A stretch of 64,000 nt of DNA from Limisphaerales bacterium (lineage in GTDB: Bacteria; Verrucomicrobiota; Verrucomicrobiia; Limisphaerales; CAIMTB01): positions 8,053-72,052 of the forward strand of contig JBFWOK010000002.1 in NCBI GenBank assembly GCA_050250555.1, in the 5' to 3' direction. This document shows positions 17,426-26,120 of the stretch, in pieces. The notes under the pieces were generated by a model, which did not search any database, was not told where the DNA came from, and worked only from the letters and a program-made list of their open reading frames with translations. A program made the translations under genes and the position numbers. The stretch's first letter is position 1, and every line of letters starts with the position of its first letter.

Positions 17426-19303
17426 TCAATGGCCCCCGCCCCGGGCCGCCTCGGATGCGATGCGGTCCAGCCGCTCGATCTGCGGCGCCAGGAGCAAATC
17501 GCGGTCCACCTCCTCCGCCGCCGCCTTGGCCTGCTCGCGCCGTCCCAGCGCGAGGTGCACGCCGGCCATCGCCAGTTGGAAGTTGGCGAGACCGACCCCG
17601 GAAAGACGCGAAGCCGCCACACCGGCCAGGAGGGTCTCCGCCTCGGCGGCGCGCCCGTTGGCCAGCAACGCCATCGCGTGGTTGATCCGCAGGAGCGGGG
17701 ACGCGGGATGGCGCGCCAAACCCGCGAGGGTCAGTCGCAGGGCCTCCGACGGATCCTCGCCGGCGATCAGCAGGAGACTCGCCCGGTTGTTGATCCAGGC
17801 GGCATTGTTCGGTTCAAGCCTCAGCAATTCGCCGACCGAACCGCGAAGGATCTCCATGTCCTTGCCGGCCAGGCCCGCCTCGAAAACCTCCGCCCAGTAG
17901 GCGGCCCAGTTTCCGAAGGCTCCCTCGTGAGCCTTCAGAAATCGCAAGGACTCGGCGACCCGCGCGTGGGTCCGCAACTCCGAACTGATCCGCAGGACCG
18001 AGTCGAGATCCGAGACCCGGACCCCCGCCAGCTCCGTCGCCAGCCGCGCCTCCTCCGTTTTCCTGCCGTCACCCAATGAAGCCCTGTACTCGGCGAACAG
18101 CGCCTCGACGTGGACCGGTTCGTGCTGGGATGCGAGAAGACGCGCGCTCGAAGCCGCCAACAGGGTCTGCTTCCACCGTCGAGCCTCGACCAGCAGGTCC
18201 AGGTACGTCCGCCAGGCTTCGAGGTCGGTGCCGTAGCGCCCAATGTTGTGCTCGGCCCTCGCCAAGGCCTCGTCCGTCATCCCGATATCCCGCATCGCCC
18301 TCCATTGGGCCCCCGCCATCTCGGGATCGCTCGGGACCTCCGTGTTGGCGGCCGCCAGACGCCGGGCTTCGTCCGTCCGGCCCGAGGCCGCCAGGACGCG
18401 CCAGTGAAGTCCGTGCTGCGCCACGGACGCTGAATTCCGGGACTCGAGGTATTCCAACGCCAGCCCCAGGTCATCGGCCTGCCCTTTCGCCGCCGCCACC
18501 AGGATCAGGAGACGCGCCGCGGTCAACCCGGTCTCCGCCTCCCCCCGAAGCGCCTCCTTCAAACGTCGCGTCGCCTCCAGTCCGGCCGTCCGATCGTCGG
18601 TCGCGCCCAGCCACCCATCGTGGTACATCGCCATGACCGGATCCGCCTTCCAAGCCTCCCCCGAGGTGAGCCAGATCGCTTCGAAGGATTCCAGCCGACC
18701 CGAGGCAAGGAGGGCTCGGGCCCGCGTTTTCTCCAAGTCCTGATTCCGCTCCGGATCCCGAGGGATCCCGGACATCATGTTCAACGCCATTCGAGGCCGC
18801 CCATAGCGCTCCAGAACGCCGCACGCCAGGGTGAGGTCGGACACGTTGGTTCGGGTCAGCGCCAGCAACCAGGACGCGCTCCGCAGCGCCGTGCGCGTCC
18901 AGTCGGTCCGCGCCTCCGGACTCCGCCCGAGAAACGCGAGAAGTCCTCGGTGCAGTTCGGGAGCCCCCATGTTGTTCGCGAGCGCGCCCCGCCACGCCAG
19001 CAGGGCGACCTCCGACCGACCCACGGCCTCCGCCCGCAAGGCCGACCGCCGCAGGGACCACGCCTGAACGAGATCCATCGCGCTCACCCGCACCTCCCCG
19101 TACGGAAACCGCTCCGGTGTCGTCCTCCAGAGTTTCGGAACGCCCAGAAGCACGACGGCGCCGACCAGGACGGCCAGCACCATCACCACCGCGAACGGAC
19201 GGTCCCGATCCAGGATGCGCAGAAGTTTCGATTTCTTCCGCGACCGCCCGGAGGACTTGGACCGCCTTCGATCACTTCCCGACGTTGAGGGTGGTTCACT
19301 CAT
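17426..19303 (-). CDS. Membrane-anchored TPR-like repeat protein (paralog 2)
   Basis: Start set at ATG 19303 (MSEPPSTSGSDRRRSKSSGRSRKKSK...). It has a basic N-terminus, a TM helix (FAVVMVLAVLVGAVVLLGV), and a helical-repeat body colinear with the downstream paralog. Confidence 0.75.
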   Translation of the reverse strand: MSEPPSTSGSDRRRSKSSGRSRKKSKLLRILDRDRPFAVVMVLAVLVGAVVLLGVPKLWRTTPERFPYGEVRVSAMDLVQAWSLRRSALRAEAVGRSEVALLAWRGALANNMGAPELHRGLLAFLGRSPEARTDWTRTALRSASWLLALTRTNVSDLTLACGVLERYGRPRMALNMMSGIPRDPERNQDLEKTRARALLASGRLESFEAIWLTSGEAWKADPVMAMYHDGWLGATDDRTAGLEATRRLKEALRGEAETGLTAARLLILVAAAKGQADDLGLALEYLESRNSASVAQHGLHWRVLAASGRTDEARRLAAANTEVPSDPEMAGAQWRAMRDIGMTDEALARAEHNIGRYGTDLEAWRTYLDLLVEARRWKQTLLAASSARLLASQHEPVHVEALFAEYRASLGDGRKTEEARLATELAGVRVSDLDSVLRISSELRTHARVAESLRFLKAHEGAFGNWAAYWAEVFEAGLAGKDMEILRGSVGELLRLEPNNAAWINNRASLLLIAGEDPSEALRLTLAGLARHPASPLLRINHAMALLANGRAAEAETLLAGVAASRLSGVGLANFQLAMAGVHLALGRREQAKAAAEEVDRDLLLAPQIERLDRIASEAARGGGH

Positions 19304-19429
19304 GACAAAATCGGTCTTCCGCACTTTCCCAGACAAGTCGGGACGCGCCCGGCCTCGAAACCTCCGACATTCAATTTCGGATCCATGTCTCCGGGCCTCC
19401 AACCTCGGCAGGCCGGCGGAAGTCCGCCT

Positions 19430-20467
19430 TCATCCCGCCGGTGCTCCTCCATCCCGCTCCGGAAACGGACCCGGCACGGCGGTCAGCCACTCCGCTTCGC
19501 ATTCCAACGTCGCGGTCACGCATCCCATCGAGGCCGGAACCAGGCAGAAATCGCCGGCACCCAACCGGACCGCGTCGGGCCCGTCGCCAACCCGCAGGGA
19601 ACCGCGGACCACTCCCACGATGAGACACCTCGCGAGCTTCCGAATCCAACGAGCCCCGGACGGACCCCGGTGGGCTTCGACCCGAAAGGACTCCTGGGCC
19701 GCCAGAAGCCGCGACGAAAACCCCGTCGTGGCGGTGTCGGCGGTGTCGGCGGCGGGGACCGACCAGGCGGTCTCCACGAGCCGAGGCGCGTGATCCTCGA
19801 AATCAATGCTCGCCAGGGATTCCCGGACGTGAAGCGGGCGCGGCTTTCCGTCGAGCCCCACCCGGTTCCAGTCGAAGACCCGGAACGTCGTGTCGGAATT
19901 CTCCTGGATCTCGAACAGGAGAAGACCCGCGCCGATCGCGTGCACCCGGCCGCTGGGAAGCATCATGGCATCTCCGGGGACGACCGGGATGCGATGACAA
20001 CAGCGTTCGACCGTGCCCGCCGACAGCTCCCGCTGAAAACTCTCCCGCGTGGTCCCGGGTCGCAGCCCCGCGAGAATCTCGCTGCCGGGATCGGCGCCCG
20101 TGAAAAACCACATCTCCGACTTCGGCTCGCCACCAAGGCCCTCCGCCCGATCCGCCGGGGGATGCACCTGCAGGGAAAGGATTTCGCGCGCGTCGAGGAT
20201 CTTCACCAGCAGCGGAAACCGTCCCCGCCTCAACGGGGCGTCTCCCATCAGCGCGGATGCATGGCGCGCGACCAACTCGGAGAGGCTCAGGCCGGTCCAG
20301 GGCCCGTTCGCCACCACGCTGGAAGCCTCGTCTCGATCCGAGATCTCCCACGATTCCCCGATCGGAACCGTGCCCGGCAACACGCGACCGTAGACGCTCT
20401 CAAGACGACGGCCGCCCCAGACCCGTTCCTGGTAGATGGGAACAAACCGGATCGGGTACCCATTCAT
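19430..20467 (-). CDS. manA: Class I mannose-6-phosphate isomerase
   Basis: Start at ATG 20467 (MNGYPIRFVPIYQERVWGG), overlapping the accA stop (ATGA). Cupin metal-site motifs LSLQVHPP and KSEMWFF, plus GRVHAIGAGLLLFEIQENSDTTFRVFDW. Confidence 0.85.
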   Translation of the reverse strand: MNGYPIRFVPIYQERVWGGRRLESVYGRVLPGTVPIGESWEISDRDEASSVVANGPWTGLSLSELVARHASALMGDAPLRRGRFPLLVKILDAREILSLQVHPPADRAEGLGGEPKSEMWFFTGADPGSEILAGLRPGTTRESFQRELSAGTVERCCHRIPVVPGDAMMLPSGRVHAIGAGLLLFEIQENSDTTFRVFDWNRVGLDGKPRPLHVRESLASIDFEDHAPRLVETAWSVPAADTADTATTGFSSRLLAAQESFRVEAHRGPSGARWIRKLARCLIVGVVRGSLRVGDGPDAVRLGAGDFCLVPASMGCVTATLECEAEWLTAVPGPFPERDGGAPAG

Positions 20468-21669
20468 GTCGACTTCGACGACCCGGGACGGGGAGACGCC
20501 AACCCGCTTCCCCGGCCCCCGGCATCCCGGGCCGCGGCTGAGTTCGCGGCAGGATCGGGACCCGGATCCGGTTCCCGCCTCGGTTCCGAGACGTTGGCCG
20601 GATCCGACGCCTGGTTCCGCGCCGACTCGGCCGATGGTGTCGTGGGTTCCTTCGTCGCGCTGTTTCCAACCGCCGCGGTGGGTGTTTCGTTTTCCGCTTT
20701 GGACGGGGCCCGGATCGCGTAGTGCCCCATGGCTCGAAACCTCTGGTACCTCTGGCGAAGGCGTTCCGGTCCCGGAATGGCCAGCACCTCTTCCAAATGC
20801 CGGGTCAGGGCGCTCTTGAGGTTGGCCGCGGTGGTGGTCGGATCGTGGTGGGCGCCACCGTCCGGCTCCGGGACGACCCCGTCGACGAGTTTGAATTCGA
20901 GGAGGTCCGGGCCGGTGATCTTCAGCGCGGCGGCGGCCAGGGCCGCCGCCTTCCTGTCCTTCCACAGAATGGCCGCGCAGCCTTCCGGCGAAATGACCGA
21001 GTAGTAGGCGTTCTCGAGGATCAGGACACGGTCGGCGACGCCGATCCCCAGCGCGCCGCCGGATCCGCCTTCGCCCAAAACCGCCGCGATGATGGGGACC
21101 TCGAAGAGCATCATTTCGCGCAGGTTCACCGCGATCGCCTCCGCGATGTGCCGTTCCTCGGCGCCGACGCCCGGGTAGGCCCCCATTGTGTCGATCAACG
21201 AGATGATCGGAAGACCGAACCGGTCCGCGAGCCGCATCAGGCGGAGCGCCTTGCGATACCCTTCCGGGTTCGCGGAGCCGAAGTTCCTGATGATGTTCTC
21301 CTTGGTGTCGCGCCCCTTCTGGGTGCCGATGAGGAGGACGCGGTGCTTACCGAGCTTCGCGAAACCACACACCATCGCGTGATCGTCCGCAAACAGCCGG
21401 TCGCCGTGCAACTCGGAGAACTCGGTGAAGGAAAGGCGGGCGTAATCGAGGAAATACGGGCGCAACGGATGCCGCGCCAGCTGGACCCGTTGCCAAGCGG
21501 TGAGCTTCGCGTAGATCTGCCGTCGCGTCTCGGCCAGTTTGGCCCCGATCACCTGGATCTCGTCCTCCAACTGAAGCCCGAGCGGGTTCGACTGCTGGGC
21601 CCGCCGCAATTCATCAAGCTTCTGCTGGAGTTCGATGAGTGGCTTCTCGAAGTCGAGATGATGCTTCAT
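20464..21669 (-). CDS. accA: Acetyl-CoA carboxylase carboxyltransferase subunit alpha, with ~80-aa low-complexity C-terminal tail
   Basis: Start at ATG 21669 (MKHHLDFEKPLIELQQKLDEL). AWQRVQLARHPLRPY, FGSANPEGYRKALRLMRLADRFGLPIISLIDTMGAYPGVGAEERH, and VLGEGGSGGALGIGVADRVLILENAYYSVISPEGCAAILW. The rest of ORF 20464..22818 is antisense to the aminotransferase gene. Confidence 0.95.
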   Translation of the reverse strand: MKHHLDFEKPLIELQQKLDELRRAQQSNPLGLQLEDEIQVIGAKLAETRRQIYAKLTAWQRVQLARHPLRPYFLDYARLSFTEFSELHGDRLFADDHAMVCGFAKLGKHRVLLIGTQKGRDTKENIIRNFGSANPEGYRKALRLMRLADRFGLPIISLIDTMGAYPGVGAEERHIAEAIAVNLREMMLFEVPIIAAVLGEGGSGGALGIGVADRVLILENAYYSVISPEGCAAILWKDRKAAALAAAALKITGPDLLEFKLVDGVVPEPDGGAHHDPTTTAANLKSALTRHLEEVLAIPGPERLRQRYQRFRAMGHYAIRAPSKAENETPTAAVGNSATKEPTTPSAESARNQASDPANVSEPRREPDPGPDPAANSAAARDAGGRGSGLASPRPGSSKST

Positions 21670-21810
21670 CGCGTTTCGCAGGATAGGCGGGTTGTCCCCT
21701 GACCGGCAACGTTCCATTTGCCGTCCCGAAAGTCCCAGTCCCCACCCCATATCCCACTTGCCGGACCTCACCGCTTGCCCGACGCTCTTCGCCCCCGATC
21801 CATCTCGGTC

Positions 21811-22995
21811 ATGAACTATCCGATCGCCCGCCGCGCCGCCGCCCTCTCCCCGTCCCTCACGCTCGCCATCGACGCCAAAGCGAAAGCCATGAAGGCGGCC
21901 AAGGAAGACGTCGTCGGCTTCGGCGCCGGGGAACCCGACTTCGAAACGCCCGAACACATCCGGCAAGCCGCCATCGACGCCCTCAACTCGGGTTTCACCA
22001 AGTACACACCCTCCAGCGGAATCCCCGAGCTGCGCGAAGCCATCGCCGCCAAGTTCCAAAAGGAAAACGGCCTCACCTTCAAGCCCAGCCAGGTCATCGT
22101 CTCCAACGGCGGAAAACACTCGTGCTACAACGTCATCCTCGCCGTGTGCCAGGAAGGCGACGAAGTCCTCGTCCCGTCGCCGTACTGGCTCAGTTACCCC
22201 GAGATGGTCAAGTTGGCCGGCGCCACTCCCGTCATCCTCCCAACCTCCGATCAGACCGAGTTCAAGGTCACCCCCGACCAACTCAGCGCCGCGATCACCC
22301 CCCGGACCCGGCTTTTCATCCTCAATTCGCCGAGCAACCCCACCGGTTGCGTCTACACCCCCGATGAAATCAAGGCCCTCGGCGACGTGTGCGTCGAGCG
22401 CGGCGTCCTCATCATGAGCGACGAAATCTACGAACACCTCCTCTACGACGGAGCCGTTCATCGATCCGTCGCCAGCTTCGGCCCGCGCCATCAGGAACAC
22501 ACCATCATCGTCCACGGGTTCGCGAAGGCCTGGTCCATGACCGGTTGGCGCCTCGGCTTCCTCGCCGCCCCCGAACCCATCGCCAAGGCCATCGACGCCA
22601 TCCAGAGCCATTCCACCTCGAACCCCACCAGTTTCGCCCAGAAAGGCGCCGTCGCCGCGCTCACCGGCCCCCAGGACCATCTTCCCGCATGGCTCGCCGA
22701 GTACTCCAGGCGCCGCATGACCGCCTTCCAACGGCTCAACTCGATCCCGGGCGTCTCCTGCGTCAACAGCAAGGGCGCGTTCTACCTCTTCCCCAACATT
22801 CGCGGAACCGGCCTCCAAAGCGCTGAATTCTGCTCCCGCCTGCTCGAGACCGAAAAAGTCGCCGCCGTCCCCGGTATCGCCTTCGGCGCCGACGACTACA
22901 TCCGAATCAGTTACGCCACCAGCCTGAGCCAGATCGAGAAAGGCCTCGACCGCATCGACCGCTTCGTCCGGTCCCTACCCGCAACCCGAAACTGA
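21811..22995 (+). CDS. Pyridoxal-phosphate-dependent aspartate aminotransferase (class I)
   Basis: Start at ATG 21811 (MNYPIARRAAALSPSLTLAIDAKAKAMKA). GAGEPDFETPEHI, YTPSSGIPELREAIA, LNSPSNPTG, and the PLP-lysine context HGFAKAWSMTGWRLGF. Confidence 0.9.
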   Translation: MNYPIARRAAALSPSLTLAIDAKAKAMKAAKEDVVGFGAGEPDFETPEHIRQAAIDALNSGFTKYTPSSGIPELREAIAAKFQKENGLTFKPSQVIVSNGGKHSCYNVILAVCQEGDEVLVPSPYWLSYPEMVKLAGATPVILPTSDQTEFKVTPDQLSAAITPRTRLFILNSPSNPTGCVYTPDEIKALGDVCVERGVLIMSDEIYEHLLYDGAVHRSVASFGPRHQEHTIIVHGFAKAWSMTGWRLGFLAAPEPIAKAIDAIQSHSTSNPTSFAQKGAVAALTGPQDHLPAWLAEYSRRRMTAFQRLNSIPGVSCVNSKGAFYLFPNIRGTGLQSAEFCSRLLETEKVAAVPGIAFGADDYIRISYATSLSQIEKGLDRIDRFVRSLPATRN

Positions 22996-23008
22996 ACAAA
23001 GAAAAAAA

Positions 23009-23046
23009 CCGGGCCCCGCAGTCTGAGGGAGACCGCCGGGGCCCGG
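23009..23046. terminator. GC-rich hairpin (10-bp perfect stem, 18-nt loop) preceded by A7; orientation ambiguous
   Basis: ccgggccccg (23009-23018) is the exact reverse complement of cggggcccgg (23037-23046). The A7 run at 23002-23008 lies 5' on the + strand, so it reads as a U7 tail only on the - strand. The hairpin sits 14 nt after the aminotransferase stop. Confidence 0.35.
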
Positions 23047-23329
23047 GGAATGTCGAATACAAGGTGCATGCGGGCTTAGGGGATGCCGGATATCGTGTGC
23101 ACCGCACAACTCCGGAGAACTTGTGTGCTCCATCCGCCCGCACCGTCCAAAGAACATTCCAGCGACGGGCGAGAGAGTACGCCACCTCGGCATTCCGTCA
23201 ACACAGCTTTTTAGAAAGAATTTTTGGATAAGAAGGCCTCATTCCATCCATGGATTCCACTCCCTTCCGCTCCTGATTCGGCTTCCAACTGAACTTGACG
23301 ACTCCATAGCCTTGCCGTGTTCTCTCGGC

Positions 23330-24913
23330 ATGAGTTTCCCCCGCCGGCAACCCGCCGTTTCGATCCCTTCGGTTCTTTCGATTCCGTTGGCCCTGATCGC
23401 TTTCGCCGCCGCCCCAACCCTTTCCGCCGCCGCCTCCGCCTCCTCCGAGCTTCGACTTCCCGCCGTCTTCTCCGACAACGCCGTCCTCCAGCAGGGACGC
23501 GAAGTCCCCGTCTGGGGCTGGTGCGGCGCCGGCGACACCGTCAGCGTCGAGTTCCGGGGCAAGGCGTACTCCACGGTTTCCAAGAACGGCCGCTGGCTCA
23601 TCAAGCTGCCCCGACAGCGTCCCGGCCTGTCCGAAACGCTGGTGGTCCGGGCGGGCAACGACACTCTCACCCGGACCAACATCCTCGTCGGCGAGGTCTG
23701 GGTGTGCAGCGGCCAGTCCAACATGGAATGGCCGCTCTCCCGCTCCGAGGATCCCCAACCCGCCATCGAAGCCTCATCCAACAAGCAACTCCGGCTTTTC
23801 ACCGTCACCAAGAACATGGCCGCGACTCCCGCGGAGGACGTCGAAGGACGGTGGGAACTCTGCAACCCGGCGACCGTCGCCCGCTTCTCCGCGGTCGCCT
23901 ACTACTTCGGCGTCGATCTCCAGAGAGCGCGCAATGTTCCGGTCGGCCTGATCCACACATCCTGGGGCGGTTCCCCCGCCGAAGTCTGGATCCGCGAAGA
24001 GGTGCTGGCCGCCGATCCCGCTTTCAAACGCAACATCCTCGACCCGTATCCCGAGAAGAAACGCCGCTTCGAGGAATCCGTCGCCGCTTGGGAAAAGGAG
24101 GTCGCCGAACTCCGAGCACAAGGAAAGGCGCCGGTCCGAGGGCGGCCCTGGGGCGACTGGGCTCCGTCGCAGCTCTACAACGGCATGATCTACCCCCTGA
24201 TCCCGTACGCCATCGCCGGGGCGATCTGGTACCAGGGCGAATCGAACGCTTCCCGGGCCCATGAATACGGCCGGCTCTTCCCCACACTCATCAAGAACTG
24301 GCGCGCCGATTGGGGCCAGGGCGAATTCCCGTTCCTCGCCGTGCAGCTCGCGCCCTGGGACAAGAACAAGAATCGGTCCGAGGAGGAGATCACGGCGACA
24401 CCCATGGAGAGCGACTGGGCCGAGCTGCGGGAGGCTCAGCTGATGTCGACGCGGGTCCTGCCGAAAGTCGGCATGGCGGTCATCACGGATGTCGGGGACA
24501 AGGACGACATCCACCCGACGAAAAAGCGGCCCGTGGGAGCCCGCCTGGCCCTTGCGGCAAGGGCCATCGCGTACAACGAGCGAATCACCTACTCGGGCCC
24601 CATCTACCGCAGTCTCCGCATCTCCCGCGGTCGCGCGATCATTTCGTTCCAACACGTCGGCTCCGGCCTTCAGGTCCGGGGCAAAACCCTCAAGGGATTT
24701 CAGATCTGCGGCACCAACCGCGAATGGCGCTGGGCCGATGCCAGGATCGATGGCCGCCGCGTCGTGGTCACCCACCCCGACGTGCCCGAGCCGGTCGCCG
24801 TCCGCTACGGATGGCTCGACTACCCGGTCGTCAATCTCTTCAACGTCGACGGACTCCCGGCGTCGCCGTTTCGCACCGATAATTTCCCCATGGTGACGGC
24901 GCCCAAGGACTGA
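23330..24913 (+). CDS. Sialate O-acetylesterase family protein (SASA/SGNH-type)
   Basis: Start at ATG 23330 with a signal peptide (MSFPRRQPAVSIPSVLSIPLALIAFAAAPTLSAAA). Nucleophile motif GEVWVCSGQSNMEW, then HTSWGGSP, AIWYQGESN and DIHPTKKRPVG, typical of the 9-O-acetylesterase family. Confidence 0.85.
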   Translation: MSFPRRQPAVSIPSVLSIPLALIAFAAAPTLSAAASASSELRLPAVFSDNAVLQQGREVPVWGWCGAGDTVSVEFRGKAYSTVSKNGRWLIKLPRQRPGLSETLVVRAGNDTLTRTNILVGEVWVCSGQSNMEWPLSRSEDPQPAIEASSNKQLRLFTVTKNMAATPAEDVEGRWELCNPATVARFSAVAYYFGVDLQRARNVPVGLIHTSWGGSPAEVWIREEVLAADPAFKRNILDPYPEKKRRFEESVAAWEKEVAELRAQGKAPVRGRPWGDWAPSQLYNGMIYPLIPYAIAGAIWYQGESNASRAHEYGRLFPTLIKNWRADWGQGEFPFLAVQLAPWDKNKNRSEEEITATPMESDWAELREAQLMSTRVLPKVGMAVITDVGDKDDIHPTKKRPVGARLALAARAIAYNERITYSGPIYRSLRISRGRAIISFQHVGSGLQVRGKTLKGFQICGTNREWRWADARIDGRRVVVTHPDVPEPVAVRYGWLDYPVVNLFNVDGLPASPFRTDNFPMVTAPKD

Positions 24914-24973
24914 TCGGCGCCCCCCCTCTCGCTTCAACCGCATTCACCGCATTCGCATCCAACGACCCGACCC

Positions 24974-26101
24974 ATGCGCCTCACCAATCGCCGCGATTGC
25001 CTTCGCCTCGCCGTCGCCGCCTCGGCCACGGCGGCCTTCGGATTCCCCCACCGGACCGCCACGGCGGCGCCGGCCGTTCCTTCGGGCGGATCACCCCTCA
25101 AACCACCGCCGGATTCCCCGGCGTTTGTCGCCCGCCGATTCATCTACGAGCGCGCGGAATTCCCGGAGTGCCACGCTTCCACGCTCGTCGAGACCCGGGA
25201 AGGCATTCTCGCGGCGTGGTTCGGCGGCACGGCCGAAGGCCGCGACGACGTGGATATCTACACGGCGCGATGGCACGACGGCGCGTGGTCCGAGCCCAAA
25301 CGCGTCGCCACGGGGACGGCGGAAAACCAATCCAAGCGCCACCCGTGCTGGAACCCGGTCCTTTTCCAACCCCGCCATGGACCGCTCCTCCTTTTCTACA
25401 AGGTGGGTCCCCGGCCCTTCAACTGGTGGGGGCTCGTGAAGACTTCCACCGACCAGGGACGCACATGGTCCGCGCCCCATCGGCTCCCGGATGGTTTCAT
25501 GGGACCCGTTCGGGCGAAACCCATCGAACTCGCCGACGGAACCCTGCTTTGCGGTTCGAGCACGGAGCATGACGGCTGGCAGGTTCAGATGGAGAGCACC
25601 CGGGACCCTCTCGGCGCTTGGACGCGTACCCCGCCCCTCAACCGGGGCGACGAGTGGGGCGCCATCCAACCCACCTTGCTCCCGCACTCCGACACCACGA
25701 TTCAGATTCTCTGCCGCTCCAGGCAGGGCGCCATCCTGGAGTCGTGGTCCTCGGATGCCGGGAAAACCTGGAAACCGCTCGCCCGCACCGCCCTTCCCAA
25801 CCCCAGCTCCGGAATCGACGCCGTCCGCCTCCGCGACGGACGCTTCGCCCTCATCTACAACCACACGACGAAGGGCCGGCACCTCCTGAACCTCGCCGTC
25901 TCGGGCGACGGCCGCGAATGGTCCGCCGCGCTCGTCCTCGAACGCGAGCCGGGCGAATTCTCGTACCCGGCCATGATCCAGACCGCCGACGGGCTTCTCC
26001 ACATGACCTACACATGGAAACGCCAGCGCGTGCGCCATGTCGTCGTGGATCCCGCCCGTCTCCAGGCGCGCCCCATGAGCGACGGTCAGTGGCCCGATTG
26101 A
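24974..26101 (+). CDS. BNR-repeat exo-alpha-sialidase-like glycoside hydrolase (Tat-type signal)
   Basis: 375 aa. The N-terminus has a twin-arginine-like signal (NRRDCLRLAVAASATAAF). Asp-box/BNR motifs STDQGRTW and SSDAGKTW, with a degenerate SGDGREW. ECHASTLVE and WFGG are typical of this sialidase-like family. Confidence 0.8.
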   Translation: MRLTNRRDCLRLAVAASATAAFGFPHRTATAAPAVPSGGSPLKPPPDSPAFVARRFIYERAEFPECHASTLVETREGILAAWFGGTAEGRDDVDIYTARWHDGAWSEPKRVATGTAENQSKRHPCWNPVLFQPRHGPLLLFYKVGPRPFNWWGLVKTSTDQGRTWSAPHRLPDGFMGPVRAKPIELADGTLLCGSSTEHDGWQVQMESTRDPLGAWTRTPPLNRGDEWGAIQPTLLPHSDTTIQILCRSRQGAILESWSSDAGKTWKPLARTALPNPSSGIDAVRLRDGRFALIYNHTTKGRHLLNLAVSGDGREWSAALVLEREPGEFSYPAMIQTADGLLHMTYTWKRQRVRHVVVDPARLQARPMSDGQWPD

Positions 26102-26120
26102 TCACCTGTCCGGTCAGGGA

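Noticed and set aside
21670-22818. N-terminal 380 aa of ORF 20464..22818
   Set aside because: This part lies upstream of the canonical AccA N-terminus (MKHHLDFEKPL at 21669). It is junk-like in composition and antisense to the aspartate aminotransferase gene.
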